Origin: an uncultured Candidatus Rokubacteria bacterium
GTDB lineage: Bacteria; Methylomirabilota; Methylomirabilia; Rokubacteriales; CSP1-6
Assembly (NCBI GenBank): GCA_963747235.1
Contig: CAVVEU010000024.1
Location: 1-64,000 of the forward strand
Direction of reading: 5' to 3'
DNA length: 64,000 nt
Notes under the pieces: generated by a model
Databases searched by the model: none
Seen by the model: the letters and a program-made list of their open reading frames with translations, nothing else
What the model was told of the DNA's origin: nothing
Made by a program: the position numbers and the translations under genes
Shown here: positions 1 to 10,647 of the stretch, in pieces
Layout of the letters: every line of letters starts with the position of its first letter
Numbering within the stretch: position 1 is the stretch's first letter

Positions 1-1519
1 TCGGCTACATCTTCGACACCGCGCTGGCCCTGACTCCGTCCAAGCCGGCGGTCTTCCAGGGCGATGCCGTGCTCACCTACGCCGAGCTGGACGCCCGGGC
101 CAACCGGATGGCCAATGCCCTGGCCGCGCTCGGCGTGACCGCCGGCGACCGCGTCGCGCTGCTCTTCAACAACGACGTGCGCTTCCTCGAGACGCTCTTC
201 GGCACGATGCGGCTCGGGGCGGTGGCGGTGCCGCTCAAGATCCGGATGGGCGACGAGGCCCTCCGCTACGTGGCGGAGGACTCCGAGGCCGCGGTGCTGG
301 TGGCCAACGCCGCGCTGGCCGAGCGCGGGCTGATGCTCGCCGCGCAGATCCCGGCCATCAAGCACGTGATCGCCGACGGGCCCGCGGCCGACGGCGCGCT
401 GGCCTACGAGACGGTGCTGGCCGCCGCCGCGCCCACGCTGGCCCGCCGCGCCACCGCGTTCGACGAGACGTGCATGCAGCCCTACACGTCGGGCTCCACC
501 GGCAAGCCCAAGGGCGTGCTGCTGACCCACGGCGGGCAGCTCTGGAACTCCGACATCATGCGCAAGGCGCTGCTGGCCGACGAGACCGAGCGCGCCCTGA
601 TCGCGGTGCCGCTCTACCACAAGAACGCGATGGTGGGCGCGGTGAAGCCGTTCCTGCTCGCGGGCGGCTCGCTCGTGATCCTGCCCGGCTTCGACGCGCT
701 CGAGGTCATCCGCGCCATCGACCGCTACAAGGTGACGTACCTGACCGGCGTGCCCGCGATGTACAAGATGATCCTCGCCGAGAAGGACGCGCTCGCCCGC
801 CACGACGTCAGCAGCGTGCGCTACGCGGTGTGCGGCTCGGCCGAGGTGCCCGAGGAGCTGCTGGACGAGTTCCGCCGCGTCTTCGGCGCGCCGATCGGCG
901 AGAGCTACGGGCTCACCGAGGGCGGCCCGGTGCCGATCGTCAACTCGCGCTGGGGGCTCAAGAAGCGCAACTCGTGCGGGCTCGCGTTCCCGGGCTGCGA
1001 CGTCAAGCTGGTGGACGAGGCCGAGCGCGAGGTCGGCGTGGAGGAAGTCGGCGAGCTGGTCACGCGCAACCCGGGGCTGGCCAAGGGCTACTGGAAGCTG
1101 CCGGAGGCGACGGCGAAGAAGTTCCGCGGCGGCTGGCTCTACACCGGCGACCTCATGCGCCGCGACGCCGACGGCTACTACTACTTCGTCGGGCGCCGCG
1201 ACGACATGATCAACGTGGCGGGCGAGAACGTGTACCCCAAGGAAGTGGAGGACATCCTGCTCCAGCATCCGAACCTGCGCGACGCCTGCGTGGTGCCGGC
1301 GCCCCACGACGTCAAGGGCGAGGTGCCGATCGCCTTCGTCGTGGCCCGCGAAGCGGGGAAGACCACCGAGGACGACGTGCGGCCGCTTCTTCCTGGAGCG
1401 CGGCGCGCCCTACGCGCACCCGCGGAAGGTCGTGTTCCTGGACGCGCTGCCGCTCGGCGGCACCGGCAAGATCGATCGCACCGCGCCTCAAGGCGCGCGC
1501 GAGGGAGACCGCGCCGTGA
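1..1519 (+). CDS. AMP-dependent acyl-CoA synthetase (5'-truncated by window; frameshifts near 1382 and 1485)
   Basis: YTSGSTGKPKG AMP-binding loop, YGLTE, TGD, GRRDDMI. C-terminus (VFLDALPLGGTGKIDR...ARETAP*) is in alternate frames. Confidence 0.9.
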   Translation, partial: RLHLRHRAGPDSVQAGGLPGRCRAHLRRAGRPGQPDGQCPGRARRDRRRPRRAALQQRRALPRDALRHDAARGGGGAAQDPDGRRGPPLRGGGLRGRGAGGQRRAGRARADARRADPGHQARDRRRARGRRRAGLRDGAGRRRAHAGPPRHRVRRDVHAALHVGLHRQAQGRAADPRRAALELRHHAQGAAGRRDRARPDRGAALPQERDGGRGEAVPARGRLARDPARLRRARGHPRHRPLQGDVPDRRARDVQDDPRREGRARPPRRQQRALRGVRLGRGARGAAGRVPPRLRRADRRELRAHRGRPGADRQLALGAQEAQLVRARVPGLRRQAGGRGRARGRRGGSRRAGHAQPGAGQGLLEAAGGDGEEVPRRLALHRRPHAPRRRRLLLLRRAPRRHDQRGGRERVPQGSGGHPAPASEPARRLRGAGAPRRQGRGADRLRRGPRSGEDHRGRRAAASSWSAARPTRTRGRSCSWTRCRSAAPARSIAPRLKARARETAP

Positions 1520-1934
1520 GCGGGACGACCTGTCGAAGCTCGGCTTCAGCCACTCGCCGTTCATGCGCTTCCTCGGCCTCGAGATCATCGCGGCCGAGAA
1601 GGGCCGGGTCGAGATCCGCCTGCCGTACCGGGAGGAGTTCATCCGCGTCGACGGCTCCGACTGGCTGCACGGCGGCGTGGTGAGCGCGCTGGCCGATATC
1701 GCGGGCGACTACGCGGTGATGACCGAGACGGCGCCCGGCGTGCCCACCATCGACATGCGCGTGGACTACCTGCGGCCGGCGCGCCGGGGCGACCTGACCG
1801 CGGTCGGCAAGACGGTGCGCGTGGGCAAGACGATCTGCGTGGCCGACGTGGAGATCCGCGACTCGATGGGCACGCTGGTCGCGGTCGGCCGCGCGTGCTA
1901 CGCTGCGCCGCGACCCGCCAAGGAGGGACCATGA
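1516..1934 (+). CDS. PaaI-family hotdog thioesterase
   Basis: SPFMRFLG...LHGGVVSALAD...TIDMRVDYLRP. GTG start overlaps the upstream stop; the apparent fusion in the ORF track is a frameshift artefact. Confidence 0.85.
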
Positions 1935-2434
1935 GCACCCCGATGCCCCCCGACAACCTGAACGAGATCGGTGTCCTCAAGCGCCGCGAGATCGAGGCGC
2001 GCGTCCTGATGCCGGTGCTGGAGGCGCTCGGCGCCAAGTTCGGCCACGAGCAGGTGTTCGCGACCGCGCGGAACGTCATCATCGACGTGGCGCGCGCGCA
2101 GGGCAAGGAGCTGGCGGGGCGCATGGGCGGCGACAGCCTCGGCCACTTCGCCACCGCGCTGGAGGACTGGAAGAAGGGCGACGCCTACCGCATGGACGTG
2201 CTCGAGCAGACCGAGGAGAAGTTCTCGTTCAACGTCACGCGGTGCCGCTACGCCGAGATGTACCGCGCGCTCGGCATCCCCGAGGTGGGCGCGCTGCTCT
2301 CGTGCAACCGCGACTTCTCGCTGGTGGAGGGCTTCAACCCCGCGGTGAAGCTGACGCGCACGCAGACCGTGATGGAAGGCGCCTCGCACTGCGATTTCCG
2401 CTTCGAGCTCAAGCCGAAGCGCGACGCCAAGTAG
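1931..2434 (+). CDS. L-2-amino-thiazoline-4-carboxylate hydrolase (ATC_hydrolase) family protein
   Basis: RREIEAR, FNVTRCRYAEMY, LSCNRD, RTQTVMEGASHCDFRF family motifs; AGGAGG RBS. Confidence 0.8.
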   Translation: MSTPMPPDNLNEIGVLKRREIEARVLMPVLEALGAKFGHEQVFATARNVIIDVARAQGKELAGRMGGDSLGHFATALEDWKKGDAYRMDVLEQTEEKFSFNVTRCRYAEMYRALGIPEVGALLSCNRDFSLVEGFNPAVKLTRTQTVMEGASHCDFRFELKPKRDAK

Positions 2435-2527
2435 CGCCCGCGCGCGACCGCCGCGGCTTCCGCCGTGCGGGATGACGACGTCCGAAAACCGCCAGACGCC
2501 GACCGCCCGCCGGGCGAGTATCGCGCC

Positions 2528-3988
2528 ATGGACCTCGATCACGATGCGTGCTACCGCGCGATCGAGCTGCGCGATGCTCGGTTCGACGGCCGCTTCTTCG
2601 CCGCCGTAAGGACGACCGGCACCTACTGCCGCCCGGTCTGTCCGGCGCGCACGCCGCGCTCGGAGAACGTGACCTTCTATCCCACGGCGGCCGCGGCCCA
2701 GGAGGCCGGGTTCCGCCCGTGCTTGCGGTGCCGGCCGGAGACGGCACCGGACAAGGGCGCCTGGCGGGGCACGTCGAACACGGTGTCCCGCGCGCTGGCG
2801 CTCATCGAGCTGGGCGCCCTGGACGAGGGAGGCGTCGACGCCCTGGCCGGCCGCCTGGGCCTGGGCGAGCGGCAGCTCCGGCGCCTGTGTCGCCAGCACC
2901 TCGGGGCCTCACCGATCGCGGTCGCTCAGACCCGTCGCGTGCTGCTCGCGAAGCAGCTCATTCACGAGACGTCGCTGCCGATGGCCGAGGTCGCGTTCGC
3001 CTCGGGCTTCGGCAGTATCCGCCGGTTCAACGAGACGTTCCTGGCGCTGTACGGTCGCGCGCCGTGCACCCTGCGGCGCGGGAGCGCCCCGGAGGTCCCG
3101 GCCGGTCCGGGGGGCGAGATCAGCCTGCTCCTGCGCTATCAGCCTCCCTACGATTGGCCGGGCATGCTGGAGTTCCTGCGGCTCCGGGCCGTATCCGGCA
3201 TCGAGCGAGTGAGCGAGAGCTGCTACTCGCGAACCATCGAGCTGGACGGGCGGCAGGGGATGGTGTCCGTTCGACCTGAGGCGGGGAATGCGCTGCGCGC
3301 GAGGATCCGATTCCCCAAGCTGTCCGCGCTGCCCGGCATCATCGCGCGGCTGCGCCGCGTCTTCGACCTGGCCGCCGATCCACTCCCCATCGCGGCTCAT
3401 CTCGCCAAGGATCCGGCGCTGGCGCCACTGGTGGCGGCGCGGCCGGGTCTGCGGGTGGCCGGCGCATGGGACGGCTTCGAGCTGGCGATTCGCGCGGTGC
3501 TGGGACAGCAGATCTCCGTCGCCGCCGCGGTCCGTCTGGCCGGGCGCCTGGTCGCCACGTATGGGGAGCCCCTGGCGGAGCCGGATCACGAGCTGACCCA
3601 CGTCTTCCCGCGGCCGGAGGTCCTGGCGCGCGCGGACCTGACGAGCCTCGGCATGCCGAGGAGCCGGGCGGCCACGCTATCCGCCGTGGCGGCCGCCGTC
3701 GTCGCCGATCCGGACGTCCTGTGCGCCAGCCGCGGGCTCGACGAGGCGATCCGGCGGCTGCGAGTCATCCCGGGGGTGGGCGAATGGACGGCGCACTACA
3801 TCGCCCTGCGCCAGCTCCGGGAGCCGGACGCCTTTCCCGCCGCCGACGTCGGGCTCGGGTGCGCGCTGGCTCGTCTGGAAGGCCGACGGCGGTCGTCACG
3901 TGAGCTCGTTGCCCGGGCCGATGCGTGGCGGCCGTGGCGCGCCTATGCCGCTCAGCACCTCTGGGCGTCTCTGGGGAGGGACGAATGA
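2528..3988 (+). CDS. alkA: Ada Zn-binding/AraC HTH + AlkA DNA-3-methyladenine glycosylase II fusion
   Basis: DARFDGRFF...YCRPVCPA...FRPCLRCRPE; HhH-GPD motifs IPGVGEWTA, DAFPAAD, WRPWRAYA. Confidence 0.92.
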   Translation: MDLDHDACYRAIELRDARFDGRFFAAVRTTGTYCRPVCPARTPRSENVTFYPTAAAAQEAGFRPCLRCRPETAPDKGAWRGTSNTVSRALALIELGALDEGGVDALAGRLGLGERQLRRLCRQHLGASPIAVAQTRRVLLAKQLIHETSLPMAEVAFASGFGSIRRFNETFLALYGRAPCTLRRGSAPEVPAGPGGEISLLLRYQPPYDWPGMLEFLRLRAVSGIERVSESCYSRTIELDGRQGMVSVRPEAGNALRARIRFPKLSALPGIIARLRRVFDLAADPLPIAAHLAKDPALAPLVAARPGLRVAGAWDGFELAIRAVLGQQISVAAAVRLAGRLVATYGEPLAEPDHELTHVFPRPEVLARADLTSLGMPRSRAATLSAVAAAVVADPDVLCASRGLDEAIRRLRVIPGVGEWTAHYIALRQLREPDAFPAADVGLGCALARLEGRRRSSRELVARADAWRPWRAYAAQHLWASLGRDE

Positions 3989-4476
3989 CCCAGAGCGCTC
4001 GGGAGAAGCGCTACGGCGTCGTGAGCGTCGACCAGCAACGGACGATGAGCGGCCTGGAGTTCGTGCAGGGCCTCGTCAGCGGCACGCTGCCGCTGAACAG
4101 CATGGCGGAAACGCTCGGCTATGACATCGTCGAGGCCTCCAGCGGCCACGTGGCCATCGCGGCCGAGCCGACCGCCGCGCACCGCAATCCGGCCGGCACC
4201 GTCCACGGCGGCCTGGCCGCGACGCTGCTCGACTCCTGCATGGGGCTGGCGGTCCACTCGACGCTGGACAAGGGGTTCGGCCAGACGACGCTCGAGTTCA
4301 AGATCTCGCTCCTGCGGGTGGTCACGCCGGAGACCGGCCCGGTGCGCGCCGAGGGCCGCGTCATCTCCCGGGGCCGGCGCATCGGCACCGCGGAAGGCCG
4401 GTTGACCGACGCCGAGGGGCGCCTCCTCGCGCACGGCACGACCACCTGCCTCATCTTCGAGTACCAGAGCGGGTGA
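3985..4476 (+). CDS. PaaI-family thioesterase
   Basis: NPAGTVHGGLAATLLDSCMG, GRLLAHGTTTC. Confidence 0.88.
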   Translation: MTQSAREKRYGVVSVDQQRTMSGLEFVQGLVSGTLPLNSMAETLGYDIVEASSGHVAIAAEPTAAHRNPAGTVHGGLAATLLDSCMGLAVHSTLDKGFGQTTLEFKISLLRVVTPETGPVRAEGRVISRGRRIGTAEGRLTDAEGRLLAHGTTTCLIFEYQSG

Positions 4477-5705
4477 TGGCCGGCCGATGGACGGTGGTCG
4501 GCGTGTCGACCACCGTCAACGCGCTCGCGTGGGGGGCGCGATCCACGTTCGCGCTCTTCTACGTCGCGATGCTCGAGGAGTTCGCGTGGGGCCGCGGCCC
4601 GACCGCGCTCGGGTACTCGCTGAGCTGGCTGGGGTTCGTCTTCTTCGCGCCGCTCGCCGGCTGGCTCTCCGACCGCTGGGGAACGCGGACGGTCGTGACG
4701 GGCGGCGGCGTGATCCTCGGGGCGGCCCTGGCGCTCACGGGCCAGGTGACGTCGCTCGCGCAGTACTACCTGTGCTTCGGCCTGCTCGGCGGCGCGGGCA
4801 TTGCCGGCATGCTCATCCCCTCGACGACGATCGTGACGCGGTGGTTCGTGCGGTCGCGCGGTACGGCGATGGGCGTGCTGAGCACCGGACCGGGCAGCGC
4901 GGTGGTCTTCTACCCGCTGAACGCGTGGCTCATCGAGATGCTGGGCTGGCGCATGGCGCTGGTGAGCTTCGGGGGCATCGTCGCGACCGCGACCGTCCTG
5001 CTCACGCTCCTCTATCGCGAGCCGCCGCCCCCGCATCGCCCGGCCGGCGGCGCCGCCTTCACGTCCTCCGGGGCCGCGCGGGCCCCGAGGGAAGTGTGGA
5101 CGCTCCGGCGCGCGCTGCGGAGCGTCCGGCTCTGGGCGGCCTTCGTCATGACCGCGCTCGGGGTCATCGGCTTCCAGATCATGGCCACGCACCAGGTGGC
5201 CCACGCGGTGGACCAGGGCGTGCCGCGGGACACGGTGGTCTGGCTCTTCGCCCTGGCCGCCGGGTGCATGATGGCGGGCAACGTGCTCGGCGGCTGGCTC
5301 TCGGACCGGGTGGGGCGCGGATGGGTCTTCGTGGTCGGCACGGTCCTCGCGATCGTCGGGATCCTCTGCTTCGCCCAGCTGCGCGGCCCCGAGGACCGCG
5401 TTCTCCTCCTGCTGTACGTGGTGTCCGCGTTCGGCTTCGGCATGCGGATCGCCCAGCTCTCCACGATTCCCGCCGACGTGTTCGCCGGACCGCACCTGGG
5501 TGCCATCCTCGGGGTGGTCGGGGCGGGGGGCGGCCTGGGCGGCGCCATCGGCCCCTACCTCGCCGGATGGCTCTTCGACGTCACCAGCAGTTATCGGCTG
5601 GCGTTCCTGGCCGCCTGTGTCGCGGTCGCGGGCTCGGCCGTGGCGGCGTGGATCGCGGCGCGGCCCACGGCCGGCGCGCCGAAGCGCCCGGAGACCGGCG
5701 CGTAG
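4476..5705 (+). CDS. MFS transporter (OFA-like)
   Basis: About 12 hydrophobic segments; GWLSDRWG and GWLSDRVG motif A copies. Confidence 0.9.
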   Translation: MAGRWTVVGVSTTVNALAWGARSTFALFYVAMLEEFAWGRGPTALGYSLSWLGFVFFAPLAGWLSDRWGTRTVVTGGGVILGAALALTGQVTSLAQYYLCFGLLGGAGIAGMLIPSTTIVTRWFVRSRGTAMGVLSTGPGSAVVFYPLNAWLIEMLGWRMALVSFGGIVATATVLLTLLYREPPPPHRPAGGAAFTSSGAARAPREVWTLRRALRSVRLWAAFVMTALGVIGFQIMATHQVAHAVDQGVPRDTVVWLFALAAGCMMAGNVLGGWLSDRVGRGWVFVVGTVLAIVGILCFAQLRGPEDRVLLLLYVVSAFGFGMRIAQLSTIPADVFAGPHLGAILGVVGAGGGLGGAIGPYLAGWLFDVTSSYRLAFLAACVAVAGSAVAAWIAARPTAGAPKRPETGA

Positions 5706-5819
5706 CATTCCCAGCTTGGTTGCCACATCATGGCCGAAAGTGTTACATCAAGGGGCCATGACGATCGAGCGGACGGCTGATACAGGCGGAGAAGCGGCGC
5801 CGCTCCCCCCGAGGTAGCC

Positions 5820-6804
5820 ATGCGCGCCGTCGCGATCGACGCCCACGGCGGCCTCGACCAGGTCCGGCTCCGCACGGACTGGCCCGAGCCCACCGCCGGC
5901 CCCGGCCAGGCGGTGGTCACCGTCAAGGCCTGCGGCCTCAACTACCTCGACATCTTCGTGCTCCAGGGCATGCCCGGCCTGCCCGTGGCTATGCCGCGAA
6001 TTCCGGGCGGTGACATTGCCGGTGTCGTCCACTCGGTCGGTGCCGGCGTTGGGCGCGAGTGGGTCGGCCGGCGCGTGCTGATCGACCCGCACATCAAGCC
6101 GGGCGGCGCGCTGGGCGAGCACGCCAACGGCGGCCTCTGCGAGCGCATCGCGATCGAGGCCGAGAACCTGATCCACATGCCCGACGCGGTCACCTTCGAG
6201 CAGGCCGCGTCGCTGCCCATCGCCTACGGCACGGCCTATCGCATGATGATCACGCGCGGGCAGCTGCAAGGCCGGCGAGCTGGTGCTGATCCTGGGCGCG
6301 AGCGGCGGCGTGGGCACCGGCTGCGTGCAGATCGCCAAGAACCTCAAGGCCCGCGTCATCGCCTGCGCGTCGTCGCCGGAGAAGCTCAAGCGCCTGAAGG
6401 AGCTGGGCGCCGACCACGTCATCGACTACACGAAGGAAGACTTCTCGAAGGTGGCGTGGGAGCTCTCGGGCAAGAAGGGCGTGGACGTGCTCGTGAACTA
6501 CACGGGCGGCGACACCTGGGTGCCGAGCCTCCGCACGCTGGCCCGGCACGGCCGCCTGCTCACCTGCGGCGCCACCGCCGGCTACGACCCCAAGACCGAC
6601 ATCCGCTACATCTGGCGCCGCGAGGTCAACATCATCGGCGCCAACGGCTGGATGCGCGAGGATCTGGAGGCGCTGCTGCTCGAGGTGGAGCGCGGCACCA
6701 TCAAGCCCATCATCGACCGCGTCCTGCCCCTCGCCGAGTCCGCCGAAGCCATGCGCATCCTCCAGGACCGCGAAGTCTTCGGCAAGGTCATCGTCACCCC
6801 GTGA
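5820..6804 (+). CDS. Zinc-binding dehydrogenase / NADPH:quinone reductase (MDR) family (frameshift near 6270)
   Basis: ACGLNYLD, PRIPGGD, GASGGVG, FGKVIV across two frames. Confidence 0.88.
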
Positions 6805-8370
6805 CGGTGAACGTCGGCTCGCTGGTGGGCCCGGCCCCTCACCCTACCCTCTCCCCAAAGGGGAGAGGGACCAGCACCTCCACCACCCTCTCCCCTCAGG
6901 GGAGAGGGCAGGGTGAGGGGTGGTCCAAGCGAATCGCCATCAGTCGACCTCTCGAAACCCGACAACCCCCGCGAGATCACCTACGGCGAGCTGGACGCAG
7001 CCTGCGACGCAGTAGCCGCCGGCCTGGCCGCAAGAGGCCTCAGGCCGCGGCGACCGCGTAGGCATCCTCGCCCTCAACCGCACGGAGTACATCGCCGCGC
7101 TCTACGGCACGATGCGCGCCGGCGCGATCCCGGTCCCGCTCAACATCAAGCTCCCCGCCGAGTCCCTCGCGTTCATCGCGAAGGACGCCAACCTGTCCCT
7201 ACTGTTCGTGGACGCCGCCCACCGCAAGGTCGCCCCCGACGTCCCCACAGTGGACTTCGACGCCAACTACGCCGACTTCCTGAAGCCCGGCCCGTTCGCA
7301 GCCGTCGAGCCCGCGCCCGACGACATCTGCCTCCAGCCCTACACCTCCGGCTCCACCGGCCGCCCGAAGGGCGTGCTGCTGACGCACGCCGGCCAGGCCT
7401 GGCAGATCGACGCGCTGGTCGAAGGCCCGTCGCATGATCGCCCGACGACCGCATCCTCGTCGCCGCCCCGCTCTACCACAAGAACGCGCTGGTGTGGACC
7501 AAGGTCGGCATGGCCGGCGGCTCCTCGCTCGTGCTGCTGGCCCGCTTCGATCAGCGCCTCTACGTGGAGTCCATCGGCCGCTACAAGGTCACGCGCCTCT
7601 CCGGCGTGCCGACCATGTTCCACCTGATCCTGAACGACCCGGCGCTCGCGAAGACCGACAAGAGCTCCGTGCGCTTCATCGGCGTGGGCTCCGCGCCCGC
7701 CTCGCCCGCGCTCTTCGAGGCGCTCCACCGCGCGTTCCCGAACGCGGCGGCCACCAACGGCTACGGCGTGACCGAGGCCGGCCCGGTGATGTTCGCCAAT
7801 CACCCGGAGGGCAAGCCGCGCCCGGCCACGTCCATCGGCTACCCGCTGGACGGCTGCGAGATCCGCCTCGACCCCGGGCCCGACGAGGGCGTGCTGCTCA
7901 CGCGCAACCCGGGCGTGATGGCGGCCTACCACAACCTGCCCGAGGAGACGGCCCGGCGCCTGAAGGACGGCTGGTTCGACACCAGCGACGTCTGCCGCCG
8001 CGACGCCGACGGCTTCTACTACTTCGTCGGCCGCACCGACGACATGTTCGTCTGCGGCGGCGAGAACGTCTACCCGGGCGACGTGGAGGGCACGCTGGAG
8101 CGCCACCCGGACGTGCTGCAGGCCGCGGTGCTGCCGGTGGATCACGCGCTGAAGGGCCAGGTGCCGGTGGCCTTCGTGGTCGCGCGGCCGGGCTCGGGCC
8201 TCACCGAGCAGGCCGTGAAGGAGTGGGCGCTGGCCCACGGCCCGGCGTACCAGCATCCGCGGCGCGTATTCCTCGTCCCCGAGCTGCCCCTGGCCGGGAC
8301 GAACAAGATCGATCGCGCGGCGCTCAAGGCGCGCGCGCTGGCTGTCCCAGACCCCACACGAGGAGATTGA
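6801..8370 (+). CDS. AMP-dependent acyl-CoA synthetase with palindromic repeats in its N-terminal coding region (several frameshifts)
   Basis: REITYGELD, QPYTSGSTGRPKG, PLYHKNA, YGVTE, GRTDDMF. GTG at 6801 overlaps the upstream stop. Paralogue of the gene at 1-1519. Confidence 0.85.
6835..6920. repeat. Inverted pair of palindromic repeats (6835-6869 and 6886-6920)
   Basis: CCCCTCACCCTACCCTCTCCCC-AAA-GGGGAGAGGG, a 16 nt spacer, then CCCTCTCCCC-TCA-GGGGAGAGGGCAGGGTGAGGGG. Confidence 0.92.
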
Positions 8371-8373
8371 GCC

Positions 8374-9698
8374 ATGTTCATTGATCGCCGAACGTTCGTG
8401 AAGGGCGCCGCCGTCGCGGGCGCGGCCGCAGTGTCCCCGCAGATCCTGGTGCGCACCGCCGCGGGGCCAGGACAAGAACAAGGTGCTGTTCGTGTCCGAG
8501 GAGTCGAACCCGAAGGCCATCGCGGTCTACGACAAGATCAACGCGGACTTCAAGAAGGAGACCGGGATCGAGGTGGTGATGGAGTATCCCGGGTTCGCCA
8601 ACATCGCCAAGCGCGTGGCGACGCTGATCGCGGCCGGCACCCCGCCCGAGATCGTCTGGTACGGCGCCGGGCAGGCCATGAACCTGGCGATGGAGAACCA
8701 GCTCGCGGACGTGGGCGACGTGCTCAAGGCCACCGGCGGCACGGCCGAGAACCTCCGCATGATCTACAAGGGCGCGGACCGGTCCATCCCGACCAGCCAG
8801 CAGTTCACCTACGGCTGGTACCGCAAGGACCTCTACGACGCCAAGAAGGCTGGCGGCCCCCAAGAGCTGGGACGACTACCTGAAGGCGGCCAAGGCGCTG
8901 AACGACCCGCCGAACATGTACGGCTGCATCGTGCCCTCCGCGGAGACGGGCGCCTCCACGCTGCTGCTCGAGACCATGTTCATGAAGAACGACGTGCACT
9001 GGTTCGAGTGGAACGCGGGCAAGAAGGAATACGAAGTGGCGCTCGACAAGGGCAACCAGCGCAAGCGCGCCATCGAGACGCTCGACTATCTGAACGAGCT
9101 GCACAAGTTCTCGCCCGAGGCCAGCACCTACAACTGGGGCGAGCTGATGTCCACCTACTTCACCGAGAAGGCGGCCTCCTCCTGGTACGTGGGCTCGCGC
9201 CTGCTGGACCAGACGATCGCCAACAACCCCAAGATCGCCGACGCCACCGTGCCCTTCGAGCTGCCGAAGAAGGTGACCGACGCCTACTACCTCTCGATCC
9301 AGGGCTTCCACATCCTGGAGAAGTCGAACGTGGACGGCGCCAAGAAGTACGTCACCTTCTTCATGAAGCACCCCGACATCATCTCGCTGGTACCACGCGG
9401 TGCCGCTGCACATCATCCCGGCCAGCCGGCAGATGCTGCACTCGGCCAAGTACCAGGACAACCCGGTGATCCAGAAGCGCATGGACGTGCTGAAGTTCCT
9501 CGACTCCATCTGGACCAAGGGCGTCCCGCTCTACTACTGGGACGGCAAGGAGCTGAACCAGCACATCGGCCTCTACCACAACGAGAACCTGGCCGGCTGG
9601 ATGCTCGCCGATCCGCAACATCAAGGGCATGAAGTCCGACGCAGGTAGTCGACGAAGCCGCCGCCCAGGTCCGCAAGAAAATGCGGCGTGCCGGCTAA
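8374..9698 (+). CDS. CUT1 (sugar-type) ABC substrate-binding protein with Tat signal (frameshifted)
   Basis: DRRTFVKG twin-Arg signal; AAGTPPEI and WYRKDLY segments; sits upstream of permeases. Confidence 0.82.
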
Positions 9699-9705
9699 CC
9701 TCCAA

Positions 9706-9744
9706 CCCTCTCCCCTCGAGAGGGGGAGAGGGCAGGGTGAGGGG
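9706..9744 (+). repeat. Palindromic repeat copy (intergenic, directly upstream of a GTG start)
   Basis: CCCTCTCCCCTCGAGAGGGGGAGAGGGCAGGGTGAGGGG. Confidence 0.9.
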
Positions 9745-9753
9745 GCGGGGACG

Positions 9754-10647
9754 GTGAGCGCCAATACCGAGCGACGCGCGTGGATCTTCGGCACCACCGC
9801 CCCCGCCCTCGTCTTCCTCCTGGTGATCGCGTACCTCCCCATCGCCTACGCGGTCATGCTCAGCTTCTTCAAGAAGACCGCCTTCAACCCCACCATGAAG
9901 TGGGTCGGCCTCGCCAACTACCGCTACATCCTCGAAGAACCCGAGCTCTGGAACGCCTTCTGGCGCTCCGTCGTCTTCACGCTGGGCGCCGTCGCCCTCC
10001 AGCTCGTCTGGGGCCTCGTCTCCGCGCTCCTGCTGAACCGCGCCTTCCGCGGCCTCAACTTCGTCCGCAGCCTCTTCGTCCTGCCGTACCTGCTCCCGTC
10101 CATCGTGGTCGCCCTGATCTTCCAGTGGCTCCTCTCGCAGGAGTACGGCGTCGTCAACCAGGTCCTGATGCAGACCGGCGTGGTCGCCCGGCCGATCAAC
10201 TTCTTCGGCGGCCTCGCCACCGCCATGTGGGCGGTCATCGGCATGGCGGGCTGGCAGTACGGCTCCTTCGCCACGCTGCTGATCCTGGCCCGGCTGCAGG
10301 CCATCAATCCCAAGCTCTACGAGGCCGCCGCCGTCTCGGGCGCCGGCACGCTCCGCGCCTTCTGGGACGTGACCCTGCCCAACCTGCGCACCACCCTGAT
10401 CGTGATCGCGCTGCTGCGCGGCATCTGGATGTTCAACAAGTTCGACTCGATCTGGCTGGTGACCCACGGCGGCCCGCTCAAGGCCACCGAGACGCTGCCG
10501 CTCTACGCCTACCGCCTGGCCTTCGAGGAGTTCGACTTCGGCCTGGCCGCGGCGGCCTGCAGCGTGATGTTCGTGGTGCTGCTGGTGGGCGCGGTCGTCT
10601 ACTTCAAGCTGTTCGACCCCACGAAGGAGATCGAGGTGGGGCGGTGA
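9754..10647 (+). CDS. Carbohydrate ABC transporter permease
   Basis: WVGLANY, EAA loop LYEAAAVSGA, THGGP. Confidence 0.9.
   Translation: MSANTERRAWIFGTTAPALVFLLVIAYLPIAYAVMLSFFKKTAFNPTMKWVGLANYRYILEEPELWNAFWRSVVFTLGAVALQLVWGLVSALLLNRAFRGLNFVRSLFVLPYLLPSIVVALIFQWLLSQEYGVVNQVLMQTGVVARPINFFGGLATAMWAVIGMAGWQYGSFATLLILARLQAINPKLYEAAAVSGAGTLRAFWDVTLPNLRTTLIVIALLRGIWMFNKFDSIWLVTHGGPLKATETLPLYAYRLAFEEFDFGLAAAACSVMFVVLLVGAVVYFKLFDPTKEIEVGR

Noticed and set aside
69-1934. Apparent acyl-CoA synthetase-PaaI fusion (621 aa)
   Set aside because: The linker is off-frame nonsense; the synthetase's real C-terminus lies in other frames and stops at 1519.
6835-6920. CRISPR array
   Set aside because: The copies are inverted and dispersed, there are no regularly spaced direct repeats, and no cas genes are present.
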